A DNA stretch of 64,000 nucleotides from a virus. Under the pieces are notes generated by a model, which saw nothing but the letters and a program-made list of their open reading frames with translations, was not told where the DNA came from and searched no databases. The translations under genes and the position numbers were made by a program. Below, one piece after another: positions 10,001 through 19,314 of the stretch. The stretch is from positions 64,001 through 128,000 of the IMG/VR virus record IMGVR_UViG_3300031519_006853; one strand, given 5' to 3'. Positions within the stretch are counted from its first letter, which is position 1; every line of letters begins with the position of its first letter.

Positions 10001-11803
10001 ATGAAACATATAAAAGAATATTTATCATTTAGAGACTCTTTAAATGAAGGACCAGGAAAGGGTTACTATATTGAAGTAGCTGTCCGAGATGCTAGAAAGG
10101 CTTTAGCAATTTTAGATGACATGTATCGTAAGAAGTTTGATATTAATGGAAGTAATGTTTATTACTTTAAGGATGAAGACATGGCATATGATGCTAAGAT
10201 GGATTTAGCAGCCAGAGATATAGAAATTGTTGATACTAATATTGAAGAATCATTAGATGAAAAGGCAGGTCCATGCTGGGATGGTTATAAAATAGGATCT
10301 CCTAAAACAAAGATATCTTCTCAAAGTGGTAAAAGAGTTAATAATTGTGTTCCTATAGATGAAGAAGTTAATGAAAAATTAGCTCGAGGATTAAAACCCT
10401 TATTGAAATTAGGTTCAACTATTACTAAGAAGACTGGTGAAGATGCATTACTAGATTTATCTGATAAGTTTGATAGTATAGATGATGAATATGCTGGAAC
10501 TATAGCAAGCCATTTAGATATGGCTATTGAATTAATGCAAGATGGTTATTCAGGAGATGCTACTAAAAAATTAAAGCAATTTAATAAAGCATGTAAAGAT
10601 GTTCTTAGTGGAAAGGAAGTTGGTTCAGCTTTTGAAAACGTTAATGAAGCAACATATAACTCAAAGAATCATATAGGAGATACTTCTGATGGGCAAGGTT
10701 CTAATGCTGAGATTTATAAAAAAGGAAAAGGATATTATGTAGTTGTTAGTGGAGAAGTTGATTATGATTTTACTGCAAAAAATGACAAAGAGTTATTACA
10801 AAAGTTAAAAGATAATGAATTTGATTCTACTGATATATTAGAAGTTAATGAAGGCAACTTTGATGATATTTTAGATTTAGTTAAATCTTTACATTTTGAA
10901 ATAGATCCTAAGGTTGCTAAGGAAAAGAAAATTGAACTTGGTAAAAGACAAGGCGAATATTCATTAAGAAAACAAATTGAAGGTGGAGAATATTCATTAA
11001 GAAGATTTAGAAAGGAAATTAAATACGACAAAACTGGTAAAGATCTTGGTATATTTAGACCTGGTAGTTATATGGCTGCTACTTCTACAGCAGGAGACGG
11101 TCCACATAGGAAGGCCGTTGCAAAGATTAAATGGAATCAAAAGAAATATGACCAATGGTTAGAAGATGTTGCATCAAATGATGGTTGGAAGAATGCTTTC
11201 GATATGGCACAAAATGCTAAACAAGAACCAGGGTTAATTTCTTGGGTTAAGAAAACGTTTAGAGTTCCTGATCCAATGCAAAGAATACAGTGGGATATTG
11301 AATCATTTGCAGAATCAGTTGATGAATCTGCAATGTCTGAACTTGATATATTAGCAAAGGAGGCAAAAGACTTTAAGGCATTTACAAAAGAAGTATTTAA
11401 AGAATTTAAAAATTTACCAAAAAAGGCAGATACTTTAAAATGGTTAGAAGAATTATATAACGATGCAATAAATGAAGCAGAAAAAGCTGAAGGTGATCGT
11501 AGTAAATTATCAGCTGACATTGAAAAAGCATTAAAGGATAAGGCTACCGAGAGTGGCGTACCTATTGGATTATTAAGATTAGTAATGAGAAGAGGTTTGG
11601 ATGCTTGGAACAGTAGTCATCGTGCAGGTGTACCACAAGTAGCTTGGGGTTATGCTCGTGTAAATGCATTCTTAGAAAAAGGTAAAGGAACTTGGGGTAA
11701 GGCTGATGCTGATATTGCAAAAGAAGTTAGAGATGAAGGCAAGGCTGGTAAACTACCAATTAAAAATCCTTCTGAATTTACCAAAAAAGAAAGAGAAGCA
11801 TAA
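10001..11803 (+). CDS. putative head-processed polyprotein (7 modules)
   Basis: MKHIKEYLSFRDSLNE leader; internal SLDE, EVNE, NVNE, EVNE, SVDE, AINE linkers; PCWDGY..NCVP and RGLDAW..H..WGYARVNAF modules resemble small T4-like phage domains. Confidence 0.65.
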   Translation: MKHIKEYLSFRDSLNEGPGKGYYIEVAVRDARKALAILDDMYRKKFDINGSNVYYFKDEDMAYDAKMDLAARDIEIVDTNIEESLDEKAGPCWDGYKIGSPKTKISSQSGKRVNNCVPIDEEVNEKLARGLKPLLKLGSTITKKTGEDALLDLSDKFDSIDDEYAGTIASHLDMAIELMQDGYSGDATKKLKQFNKACKDVLSGKEVGSAFENVNEATYNSKNHIGDTSDGQGSNAEIYKKGKGYYVVVSGEVDYDFTAKNDKELLQKLKDNEFDSTDILEVNEGNFDDILDLVKSLHFEIDPKVAKEKKIELGKRQGEYSLRKQIEGGEYSLRRFRKEIKYDKTGKDLGIFRPGSYMAATSTAGDGPHRKAVAKIKWNQKKYDQWLEDVASNDGWKNAFDMAQNAKQEPGLISWVKKTFRVPDPMQRIQWDIESFAESVDESAMSELDILAKEAKDFKAFTKEVFKEFKNLPKKADTLKWLEELYNDAINEAEKAEGDRSKLSADIEKALKDKATESGVPIGLLRLVMRRGLDAWNSSHRAGVPQVAWGYARVNAFLEKGKGTWGKADADIAKEVRDEGKAGKLPIKNPSEFTKKEREA

Positions 11804-12348
11804 TGAAATTTATAAAAGGCTTTACTGATTTTAAAAATGTATCTGAAGAACTTAAATATCATGTAGATAATGGTATAGGTTTAGATGATAGTGTTTTTCG
11901 TTTAGGATCTGATGCTCATAGTAAATTATTTGAAGAAGCTAAACAATATTGGGATAAAGGAAATCTAGTATTAAAAGGTAAAAGCGGATTTATGGCTAAG
12001 AACCTTGATGTAGGTAAAGAAGCTATTTATAAAGATCGTAAATCAGGCAGAACTAAAAAAGTTAAACTTGATTCACCAGAAAGAGGCGGCAATAGAAAAT
12101 TTATTGTTTATCGTGATGGCGGAAGAACTGATAAAGAAACAGGAAAGATTGTTGCAAAGAAGATTGAATGGGGAGATCCTAACTTATCTGTAAAGAATGA
12201 TGATCCTGGTGCAGCTGCTAGTTTTTGGGCAAGACATCAATGTGATCAAAAGAAAAAGATGGATCCAAATAAAGCAGGCTTTTGGGCATGCTATGGACCA
12301 AGTCTATTTGGAAAGCAATTAGGATTAAAGAGTACTAATCCTTGGTAA
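11803..12348 (+). CDS. putative virion-internal protein with CTS-like leader
   Basis: MKFIKGFTDFKNVSE leader; GDPNL..SFWARHQC..AGFWAC resembles a widespread phage domain. Confidence 0.6.
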   Translation: MKFIKGFTDFKNVSEELKYHVDNGIGLDDSVFRLGSDAHSKLFEEAKQYWDKGNLVLKGKSGFMAKNLDVGKEAIYKDRKSGRTKKVKLDSPERGGNRKFIVYRDGGRTDKETGKIVAKKIEWGDPNLSVKNDDPGAAASFWARHQCDQKKKMDPNKAGFWACYGPSLFGKQLGLKSTNPW

Positions 12349-12375
12349 GTAATATATAAAAAAATAATATACACA

Positions 12376-13470
12376 ATGAAACATTTACAAAGAATAGATG
12401 AAGCTGTTGGTACAATCTTAGAAAGAAGAGCTTCGGCCGAATCTTTACTTAAAGGTGTAGCTAAAGGCGATTCAACTGAAGTAGAGGGAATTAAAATGTC
12501 TAAAGATATGGCTGATGCTTATTTAGACTGGTTAAGGTTATCAACTTATGGTAAGAAATTTGGAGCATTACCATTTTATAAATTATTTTCAGCTTCGTTT
12601 AATTGGGGTATAGAAAGATATATTGGTAAAGATTTAAAAGCTGAACTTAAAGAACTTAAAGCCAAGGCTAAATCAATGAAAGAGGCTAACGAGATTAATG
12701 AAAAAACTTCTTTAGGAAAACTTTCAAAGTTAATAGATAAAGCAGTAAAGAAAGCTGATGTTCCATTAAGCTATGCTAGAGAATATATTAGTTCTTTAGA
12801 AGATATGGCAAAAAGAAATTCTAAAAAGTTCTTTAAAGATTATAATAATTTTAGTGAAGATGATTTTATCGAGGATGTTGAATATAACATGGCTAATGAA
12901 AATAAAGTAAATGAAGCTAAAGATTTTGAACCTCATATGATGTATGATCCTGAAACTGGTGATGAATATGAAGCTGAAAAACCAGAAGATCATGAGAGAA
13001 TGGCTAAACTAGGTTATGTTCATGAAAAACCAGAAAGCGTTGATGAGGCTAGGTTTGTAAAAGATTTTAACACGCGTGTTTTGGATGCAAAAACAAAAGA
13101 GGAAGTTTTAAAACTTTATCCAAATGCAGAATTCTTTATTGGTAAATCAGACCACTTCTTTGGAGAATTAGATGCTAACTTATTCTTTAAAGCATATTAT
13201 ACAAAAGGGCAAAAAGAATTTAGAATAAAATCAGTTTATTCTGAGAAAAATAAAAACTATGTTCATTTATTTAATGAATCATTAAATGAAGCCGCTCCTC
13301 GAATAAAAACGAGTAAAGAAGAAGCAAGCTTATTAGATTTAAGAGATCAAGTTAGATATGCACAAAAGGGTGGATCTGCTAGCAGATATGCAAAAGACTT
13401 TGAAAAAGCAAAGAAAAAGGCTTTAAGTGCATTAGGAGATATGATAACATATATAAAAATAGGAGTATAA
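12376..13470 (+). CDS. putative head-processed polyprotein
   Basis: MKHLQRIDE|A; internal EINE, KVNE|A, SVDE|A, SLNE|A. Confidence 0.6.
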   Translation: MKHLQRIDEAVGTILERRASAESLLKGVAKGDSTEVEGIKMSKDMADAYLDWLRLSTYGKKFGALPFYKLFSASFNWGIERYIGKDLKAELKELKAKAKSMKEANEINEKTSLGKLSKLIDKAVKKADVPLSYAREYISSLEDMAKRNSKKFFKDYNNFSEDDFIEDVEYNMANENKVNEAKDFEPHMMYDPETGDEYEAEKPEDHERMAKLGYVHEKPESVDEARFVKDFNTRVLDAKTKEEVLKLYPNAEFFIGKSDHFFGELDANLFFKAYYTKGQKEFRIKSVYSEKNKNYVHLFNESLNEAAPRIKTSKEEASLLDLRDQVRYAQKGGSASRYAKDFEKAKKKALSALGDMITYIKIGV

Positions 13471-13475
13471 TAATT

Positions 13476-14051
13476 ATGAAAAACTTTAGAACATACGGAG
13501 AATTTATTACCGAAGCTTATTCTGATGAAGATAGAAAGGCAATGGCAGAAAAAGGATTTGCCTTATCTGATGGGAGTTTTCCTATCGCTAATTTAGAAGA
13601 TCTTAAGAATGCAATCCAAGCTTACGGTAGAGCAAAGGATCAAGCAAAGGCTGCTAAGTTTATTGTAAAGAGAGCAAAAGCATTAGGTGCTGAAGATCTT
13701 GTTCCTGATACAGATGATTTTCAAAAGTCATTAGATGAAGTTGCTGTTGGGTCTGCTATACATGATGTATCTACTGAGCTTCCTGCTAAAACTATTGCAT
13801 TTCCTGTAGAGGATGATGAAGAAGCAAACGGATCTATTACTGAAGGAACTGATATTGGTTCATGGAATCAAGGCGGACTTAAAGGAAAGGAAAATGTTTT
13901 AATAACTACCTTTGTTGGTCCTAAAGATGTTGAAGATTTTGGCCTAGGTAGAAAATGCATGCAAATAAATGTAGGAATGAAATATGTTTCATTAAATCCT
14001 GCTGATATTGTAGAGTTAAAAGATATTCTTAAATCTTATAAAGTAAAGTAA
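13476..14051 (+). CDS. putative virion-internal protein with CTS-like leader
   Basis: MKNFRTYGEFITE|A resembles the T4 IPII/IPIII CTS MKTYQEFIAE; DGSFPIANLEDLKNAIQAYGRA module. Confidence 0.65.
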   Translation: MKNFRTYGEFITEAYSDEDRKAMAEKGFALSDGSFPIANLEDLKNAIQAYGRAKDQAKAAKFIVKRAKALGAEDLVPDTDDFQKSLDEVAVGSAIHDVSTELPAKTIAFPVEDDEEANGSITEGTDIGSWNQGGLKGKENVLITTFVGPKDVEDFGLGRKCMQINVGMKYVSLNPADIVELKDILKSYKVK

Positions 14052-14389
14052 TGGGTTGCGGTTGTAATAACTGTAAGTGTGGCAAAGAAGCCAACGATGA
14101 ACTCATAGAACAAATAGAAGATCAAACTAAACCTTTTATTCAAGAAGAGTATTCTATAAATACTGTACTTAGGCATTTTGATCCATCTGCCCCTAATCAT
14201 TTATATAAATGGCATGCCGATGATGAAGATCGTTGGATTGAGTCTTTAAATGAAAACGATTGGAAATTTCAATTTGATGACGAATTACCTCAGTCATTAG
14301 AACCAATGAAGATTATACAAATACCTAAAGGCGTTATACATCGCCTAATTAAAGGTACTTCTAAATTAAGTATTTCTATTAAGTCTTAG
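14051..14389 (+). CDS. small cupin-like protein with Cys-rich N-terminus
   Basis: WHADDEDR...IPKGVIHRLIKG; MGCGCNNCKCG. Confidence 0.55.
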   Translation: MGCGCNNCKCGKEANDELIEQIEDQTKPFIQEEYSINTVLRHFDPSAPNHLYKWHADDEDRWIESLNENDWKFQFDDELPQSLEPMKIIQIPKGVIHRLIKGTSKLSISIKS

Positions 14390-14392
14390 CTT

Positions 14393-14418
14393 AAACCAAT
14401 TTTTATTTCGCAGTATAA
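14393..14418 (+). promoter_or_regulatory. class II motif
   Basis: AAAC-N15-AGTATAA. Confidence 0.45.
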
Positions 14419-14440
14419 TTAATATACATTAACAACCACT

Positions 14441-14470
14441 TTCAGAAAGTAATGTTTTTTGTTATATTTA
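14441..14470 (+). promoter_or_regulatory. class I core only (TTCAGA-N15-TTATATTTA)
   Basis: upstream of clpC. Confidence 0.6.
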
Positions 14471-14489
14471 AATTATACTAAATAAAATT

Positions 14490-16514
14490 ATGGGAGAAAT
14501 TTATCCAGAGGAAGAACAACAAGAAAAGAAGCCGAGGTTTAAAAAGCAGACATTAGTGTTAGATACTTATGGTACTAATCTAAGCAAGTCAGCTATAGAA
14601 GGTAAATTAGATCCAGTCATTGGACGAACCGATGAAATACTTAGAGTTATACAAATTCTAGGAAGGCGTAGAAAAAACAATCCAGTTTTGGTTGGTGAAC
14701 CAGGTGTAGGTAAAACTGCAATCGTAGAAGGTTTAGCATTAAAAATGGTAGAAGGAAATGTTCCTGTATCACTACAAGGCAAAATCATTTATACTTTAGA
14801 ATTATCAACAATCGTTGCAGGTACAAAATACCGTGGCCAGTTTGAGGAACGGATGAAAAGTATTGTTGATGAATTAATTCTTAATCCACATATCATTGTT
14901 TTTATTGATGAATTACATACTCTCGTTGGAGCCGGTGGTTCTACAGGATCATTGGATGCATCAAATATTATTAAGCCAGCTTTAGCAAGAGGGGAAATTA
15001 GATGTATAGGTGCAACTACTTTTGATGAATTTAGAGAAAACATTGAAGATGATGGCGCATTAGATAGAAGATTCCAAAAGGTTGTAGTAAATCCTCCAAC
15101 ATTAGAAGAAACAATTGAAATACTTTCAATGATTAGGCATAAGTATGAAGAACACCATAGTGTATCATATTCAGATGAAGTTATTAATTTAATTGTTAAG
15201 CTTGCTGATCGTTATATTATGGATAGGTTCTTTCCTGATAAAGCAGTAGATATATTAGATGAGGTAGGATCTTATAAGCATTTAATTAACATGAAAATTC
15301 CACAAGGGATAAAATCATTAGAAGAAAAATTAGTTCAAAAGGAAAATGCTAAAAGAAAGGCAGTGTCTCGCCAACTTTATGAAGTAGCTGCAAAGGAAAG
15401 AGATGCATGTTTAACCCTTAAAGAAAGAATTAAGCATGATCTTGCTGAATGGAAAGAACAAATGGCAGTTAATCAATTAGAAATAACTGAAGATGATGTA
15501 TTAAAGGTTGTATCTAAATCAACAGGTGTACCGATAGAAAAAATATCTGATAAAGAAAACAAAAATTTATTAGGTCTTAATAAACATCTATCATCTAGAG
15601 TTATAGGACAAGAAGAAGCTGTTAATAAAATAGCAGTAACTGTTCAAAGAAACCGAGTAGGTATTAGAAAAAGAAACCGAACAATGGGTAACTTTATTTT
15701 CTTAGGTCCTACTGGTGTTGGTAAAACTCAATTAGCAAAAGAATTAACAGAATATCTTTTTAATAGTGAAGATTCATTAATTAGAGTTGATATGTCTGAA
15801 TACATGGAACCGCATTCTATTTCTAAATTAATTGGAGCACCTCCTGGTTATGTAGGTTTTGAAGGTGGTGGTTTTTTAACAGAGCAGGTAAAGAGAAAAC
15901 CACATTCAGTTATATTATTTGACGAGATAGAAAAAGCTCATCCAGAGGTCTTTAATGTACTTCTACAAATGTTAGATGATGGGCAGTTAACTGATTCTTT
16001 AGGCAGGACTGTTGATTTTAGAAATTGTTTAGTAATTCTTACATCAAATACAGGATCTAGAAAATTACAAGACTTTGGCCAAGGGATAGGATTTGAAAGT
16101 TCTTCTAAGATGGTTAATCAAGTTGAAGAAGAAAAAACTATTTTAAGAAAGGCTCTTAAAAACAAATTCTCACCAGAATTTTTAAATAGAATTGATGAGG
16201 TTGTAGTATTTAATAGATTAACGGAAGATAATGTAATGGATATTTTAACTAAAGAATGTAAAGAACTTGCATTAAACTTAGAAGAAGTAGGAAATTATAT
16301 TTTTAAAATATCTAAAGGCGCTAAAACAATAATACTTAATCAAGGATATGATCCTAAGTATGGAGCAAGACCTTTACGTAGAACCGTTGAAAGATTAATT
16401 GAAAATAAGATATCTGAATTTATTCTTAAAGGAGATTTAAAAGAAGGTGGTACGATTAATGTTAAAAGTACAAAAGGCGAATTAATAATTGATATAACAA
16501 ACATAAAAGAATAA
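14490..16514 (+). CDS. clpC: ClpC/ClpA-type AAA+ unfoldase lacking the N-terminal Clp-repeat domain
   Basis: Walker A motifs GEPGVGKT and [11 protein letters not shown]-like middle domain, IGF loop (GIGFE), YGARPLRR. Confidence 0.9.
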   Translation: MGEIYPEEEQQEKKPRFKKQTLVLDTYGTNLSKSAIEGKLDPVIGRTDEILRVIQILGRRRKNNPVLVGEPGVGKTAIVEGLALKMVEGNVPVSLQGKIIYTLELSTIVAGTKYRGQFEERMKSIVDELILNPHIIVFIDELHTLVGAGGSTGSLDASNIIKPALARGEIRCIGATTFDEFRENIEDDGALDRRFQKVVVNPPTLEETIEILSMIRHKYEEHHSVSYSDEVINLIVKLADRYIMDRFFPDKAVDILDEVGSYKHLINMKIPQGIKSLEEKLVQKENAKRKAVSRQLYEVAAKERDACLTLKERIKHDLAEWKEQMAVNQLEITEDDVLKVVSKSTGVPIEKISDKENKNLLGLNKHLSSRVIGQEEAVNKIAVTVQRNRVGIRKRNRTMGNFIFLGPTGVGKTQLAKELTEYLFNSEDSLIRVDMSEYMEPHSISKLIGAPPGYVGFEGGGFLTEQVKRKPHSVILFDEIEKAHPEVFNVLLQMLDDGQLTDSLGRTVDFRNCLVILTSNTGSRKLQDFGQGIGFESSSKMVNQVEEEKTILRKALKNKFSPEFLNRIDEVVVFNRLTEDNVMDILTKECKELALNLEEVGNYIFKISKGAKTIILNQGYDPKYGARPLRRTVERLIENKISEFILKGDLKEGGTINVKSTKGELIIDITNIKE

Positions 16515-17182
16515 TGAATTACGGAAAAGAATTTCAGAAGTATGCAATGAGTGATCATAATGTTAGCTCATCTAAGTTAAATTATTATGAGAAGCAAATT
16601 GAATCATCAATGACTCCTTATATTTTAGAGGAGAGAGAATTAAGAGCAACACAAATGGATATCTTTTCAAGGTTAATGATGGATAGATTACTTTGGGTTG
16701 CTGGGCCAGTTAATGATGGTATGTCAACAGTTGTTCAGGCTCAACTAATGTTCCTAGATAGTGTAGAGAAAAAAGATATCACAATGCATATTGATTCTCC
16801 AGGAGGTTCTGTTAAATCAGGACTCTCTATGGTAGATGTTATGGATTATATTAAATCAGATATAAGAACAGTCAATACAGGCATGGCTGCATCTATGGGA
16901 TCAGTTTTACTAGGTGCAGGAACACGGGGTAAAAGAAGTTCACTAAAACATTCAACAACAATGTTACATCAATCATCAGGAGGGTTTAGTGGAAATATAC
17001 AAGATGCTGAAATTGATATGAAAGAATGGAAAAAGATTAATAATACTCTTTTTAAATTACTCGGATCATATTGTGGTAAAAAACCAGAAAAAGTAGCAAA
17101 GGATGCAACTAGAGATTTTTGGTTAAATGCTGAGGAGGCTGTAAAGTACGGAATTATTGATGAGATAATAGGAGTTAAATAA
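16514..17182 (+). CDS. clpP: ATP-dependent Clp protease proteolytic subunit
   Basis: DSPGGSV, GMAASMGS, MLHQ, RDFW catalytic motifs; Bacteroidota-like N-terminal extension. Confidence 0.95.
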   Translation: MNYGKEFQKYAMSDHNVSSSKLNYYEKQIESSMTPYILEERELRATQMDIFSRLMMDRLLWVAGPVNDGMSTVVQAQLMFLDSVEKKDITMHIDSPGGSVKSGLSMVDVMDYIKSDIRTVNTGMAASMGSVLLGAGTRGKRSSLKHSTTMLHQSSGGFSGNIQDAEIDMKEWKKINNTLFKLLGSYCGKKPEKVAKDATRDFWLNAEEAVKYGIIDEIIGVK

Positions 17183-17192
17183 ATAACAATAT

Positions 17193-17218
17193 AAACAATT
17201 TTTTATAATTACATATAA
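17193..17218 (+). promoter_or_regulatory. class II motif
   Basis: AAAC-N15-CATATAA. Confidence 0.55.
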
Positions 17219-17234
17219 AAATAAAGTAAAAATT

Positions 17235-18515
17235 ATGAGCAAAACTATTAACATTGAGGAATGGGATAAGCTTTCAAAAAAGAAACGAAAAGAAGTCACT
17301 AAAATTATATTTACAGGAACTAAAAAAGTAAGTGATGTAAAGGATAGGCCAAGTATGGCTTTTGCTACTATGTGTAAAAACGAGGAGCATTGTATAGGTG
17401 TTACGTTAGCACATGCTGGTAAACATTGTGACTATGTAGTAGTAGCTGATAATGGTTCTACTGATGGTACATTTGATGCAGTAAGAAAATTCTTTGATGA
17501 ATCAGGGTTACCTGGCTCATGGCATGTTGATCCTTGGGATGGTTATGCAATTAATAAAACAAAGATGTTATCTTATGTAAAAGATAAAACTGAATACCTT
17601 TTACATTTAGATGCTGATGATCGTGTTTCTGAGGATTTTTATTTTACTCATTCAGATGCTGGGAGCGATTACTATATTATGACAATGCATCGTGGAAACT
17701 CTACATGGAAAGCTACAGTAGTTTATAAAAATGATCTTGTATGGAGATTTTTAGGAACTGCTCATACAATTGTTAAAGCTGATAAAGAAAATTTAATTCA
17801 AGGAGATCTTAGTGAAAGAGGATATTGTAATTGTGATGGGATTGGATCACGTGCATTTGACCCTAGGAAATATTGGTATGATGGTGAAAGGTTAACAAAA
17901 CAATTTTGGGATTGTTTAGCAGATGATCCTGAAGGTTTATTAACAAGATCTGCGTTTTATGCAGGCCAGAGTTATATGGATTACCGAGTAGACGGTTGCA
18001 CAGAAAAAGCTTTACAATGGTATAGGTTATTTTTAAAATTTAAAGATACTTGGATTGAAGAACAGTTTGAAGCTCAGATGAGATTAAGTAGAATCATAAT
18101 GAGATTAGAAGATCATGAAGACAGGTTCTATGAAATTAAAAATGAAATGGATAAAGCAATTGCTATATTTGGTGATAGGGCTGAGCCTTATTATTTCTTT
18201 GGAGAATATTGCTGCAAACAAAATAGACATGATTTAGCATACGAATATTTAAAGAAAGCAACAGAATGCAACTTAGACCATGCTGAAAGTAATTATAATT
18301 TATTTGTTAATAGAACAGTTTATGGTATTCATATTAATGATTGGCTTTCTGTAGCATGTTATTGGACAAACCGAGTAGAAGAAGGTAAAAGTTATATAAA
18401 TGAAATTTTAGAAAATGCTGATCATTGTAAAACATTTAAAAACTCACTCCCTCATTATAAAAGAAATTTAGAACATTTTAATAATTTAGAAAAACGGTTA
18501 AATAATGAAAACTAG
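17235..18515 (+). CDS. GT2 glycosyltransferase with C-terminal TPR-like repeats
   Basis: MCKNEE, DNGSTDGT, LHLDADD; RSAFYAGQSY, RAEPYY helical repeats. Confidence 0.8.
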   Translation: MSKTINIEEWDKLSKKKRKEVTKIIFTGTKKVSDVKDRPSMAFATMCKNEEHCIGVTLAHAGKHCDYVVVADNGSTDGTFDAVRKFFDESGLPGSWHVDPWDGYAINKTKMLSYVKDKTEYLLHLDADDRVSEDFYFTHSDAGSDYYIMTMHRGNSTWKATVVYKNDLVWRFLGTAHTIVKADKENLIQGDLSERGYCNCDGIGSRAFDPRKYWYDGERLTKQFWDCLADDPEGLLTRSAFYAGQSYMDYRVDGCTEKALQWYRLFLKFKDTWIEEQFEAQMRLSRIIMRLEDHEDRFYEIKNEMDKAIAIFGDRAEPYYFFGEYCCKQNRHDLAYEYLKKATECNLDHAESNYNLFVNRTVYGIHINDWLSVACYWTNRVEEGKSYINEILENADHCKTFKNSLPHYKRNLEHFNNLEKRLNNEN

Positions 18516-19314
18516 ATCTCAATTAACTTCAGGCTTTTCTTTAAGTTTACATGATACGTATATAAAGGCAAAGCCTTATCCACATATTTCTATCGATAAT
18601 TTTATACCTATTGAGGATATAAGATTATGTGTTAATGAAATGAAAAACTTTCCAAACTGGGGATATGATAAAGGTAATGAGCATTTCCAAAACAAAAAAT
18701 ACTTTTATCCTTGGCGTGAAATTGAAACTATCTTAGGTCCTACTAGCGATATCGCTGATACTGTTGAAACACTTTCAACTAAGGCCCCTGTATGCTGGAA
18801 GTGGCTTAGCTATTTTAATTCAGAAGATTTTATTAAAATTTTAGAAAACTTAACTGGAATAAAAGATCTTATGCCAGATCTAGGTTTTTCAGGTGGTGGT
18901 ATGCATATGATACAATCAGGTGGAAAATTATCAATTCATAGTGATTTTAACAAACATCCTTATGGTTTAGGTTGGAGAAGAATTAATTTATTAGTTTATT
19001 TAAATGAAGATTGGCAAAAAGAATGGGGTGGAACTTTACAGATTTGGAATAAAGATATGTCTGAAATGGTTTCTGAATTTCAACCGTATGCAGGTAAAGC
19101 TATTATTTTTAATACAACTGATGATGCACTACATGGTCACCCTGACCCTCTAAATTCACCAGAATACATAGCACGGCATTCATTTGCATTATATTATTTT
19201 ACTAAAGATAGACCCGAGCATGAAAAATCAGATTTTATTGGTGCCCAATGGTATGACAAAGGAAATCCGTTAAGTGTACAAGAACAAGAAAATAGAGAAC
19301 AACAAAATGCATAA
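18505..19314 (+). CDS. 2OG-Fe(II) oxygenase
   Basis: IHSDFN (HxD), RINLLVYLN, WGGTL, LHGHP, RHSFALYY. Confidence 0.88.
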   Translation: MKTRSQLTSGFSLSLHDTYIKAKPYPHISIDNFIPIEDIRLCVNEMKNFPNWGYDKGNEHFQNKKYFYPWREIETILGPTSDIADTVETLSTKAPVCWKWLSYFNSEDFIKILENLTGIKDLMPDLGFSGGGMHMIQSGGKLSIHSDFNKHPYGLGWRRINLLVYLNEDWQKEWGGTLQIWNKDMSEMVSEFQPYAGKAIIFNTTDDALHGHPDPLNSPEYIARHSFALYYFTKDRPEHEKSDFIGAQWYDKGNPLSVQEQENREQQNA

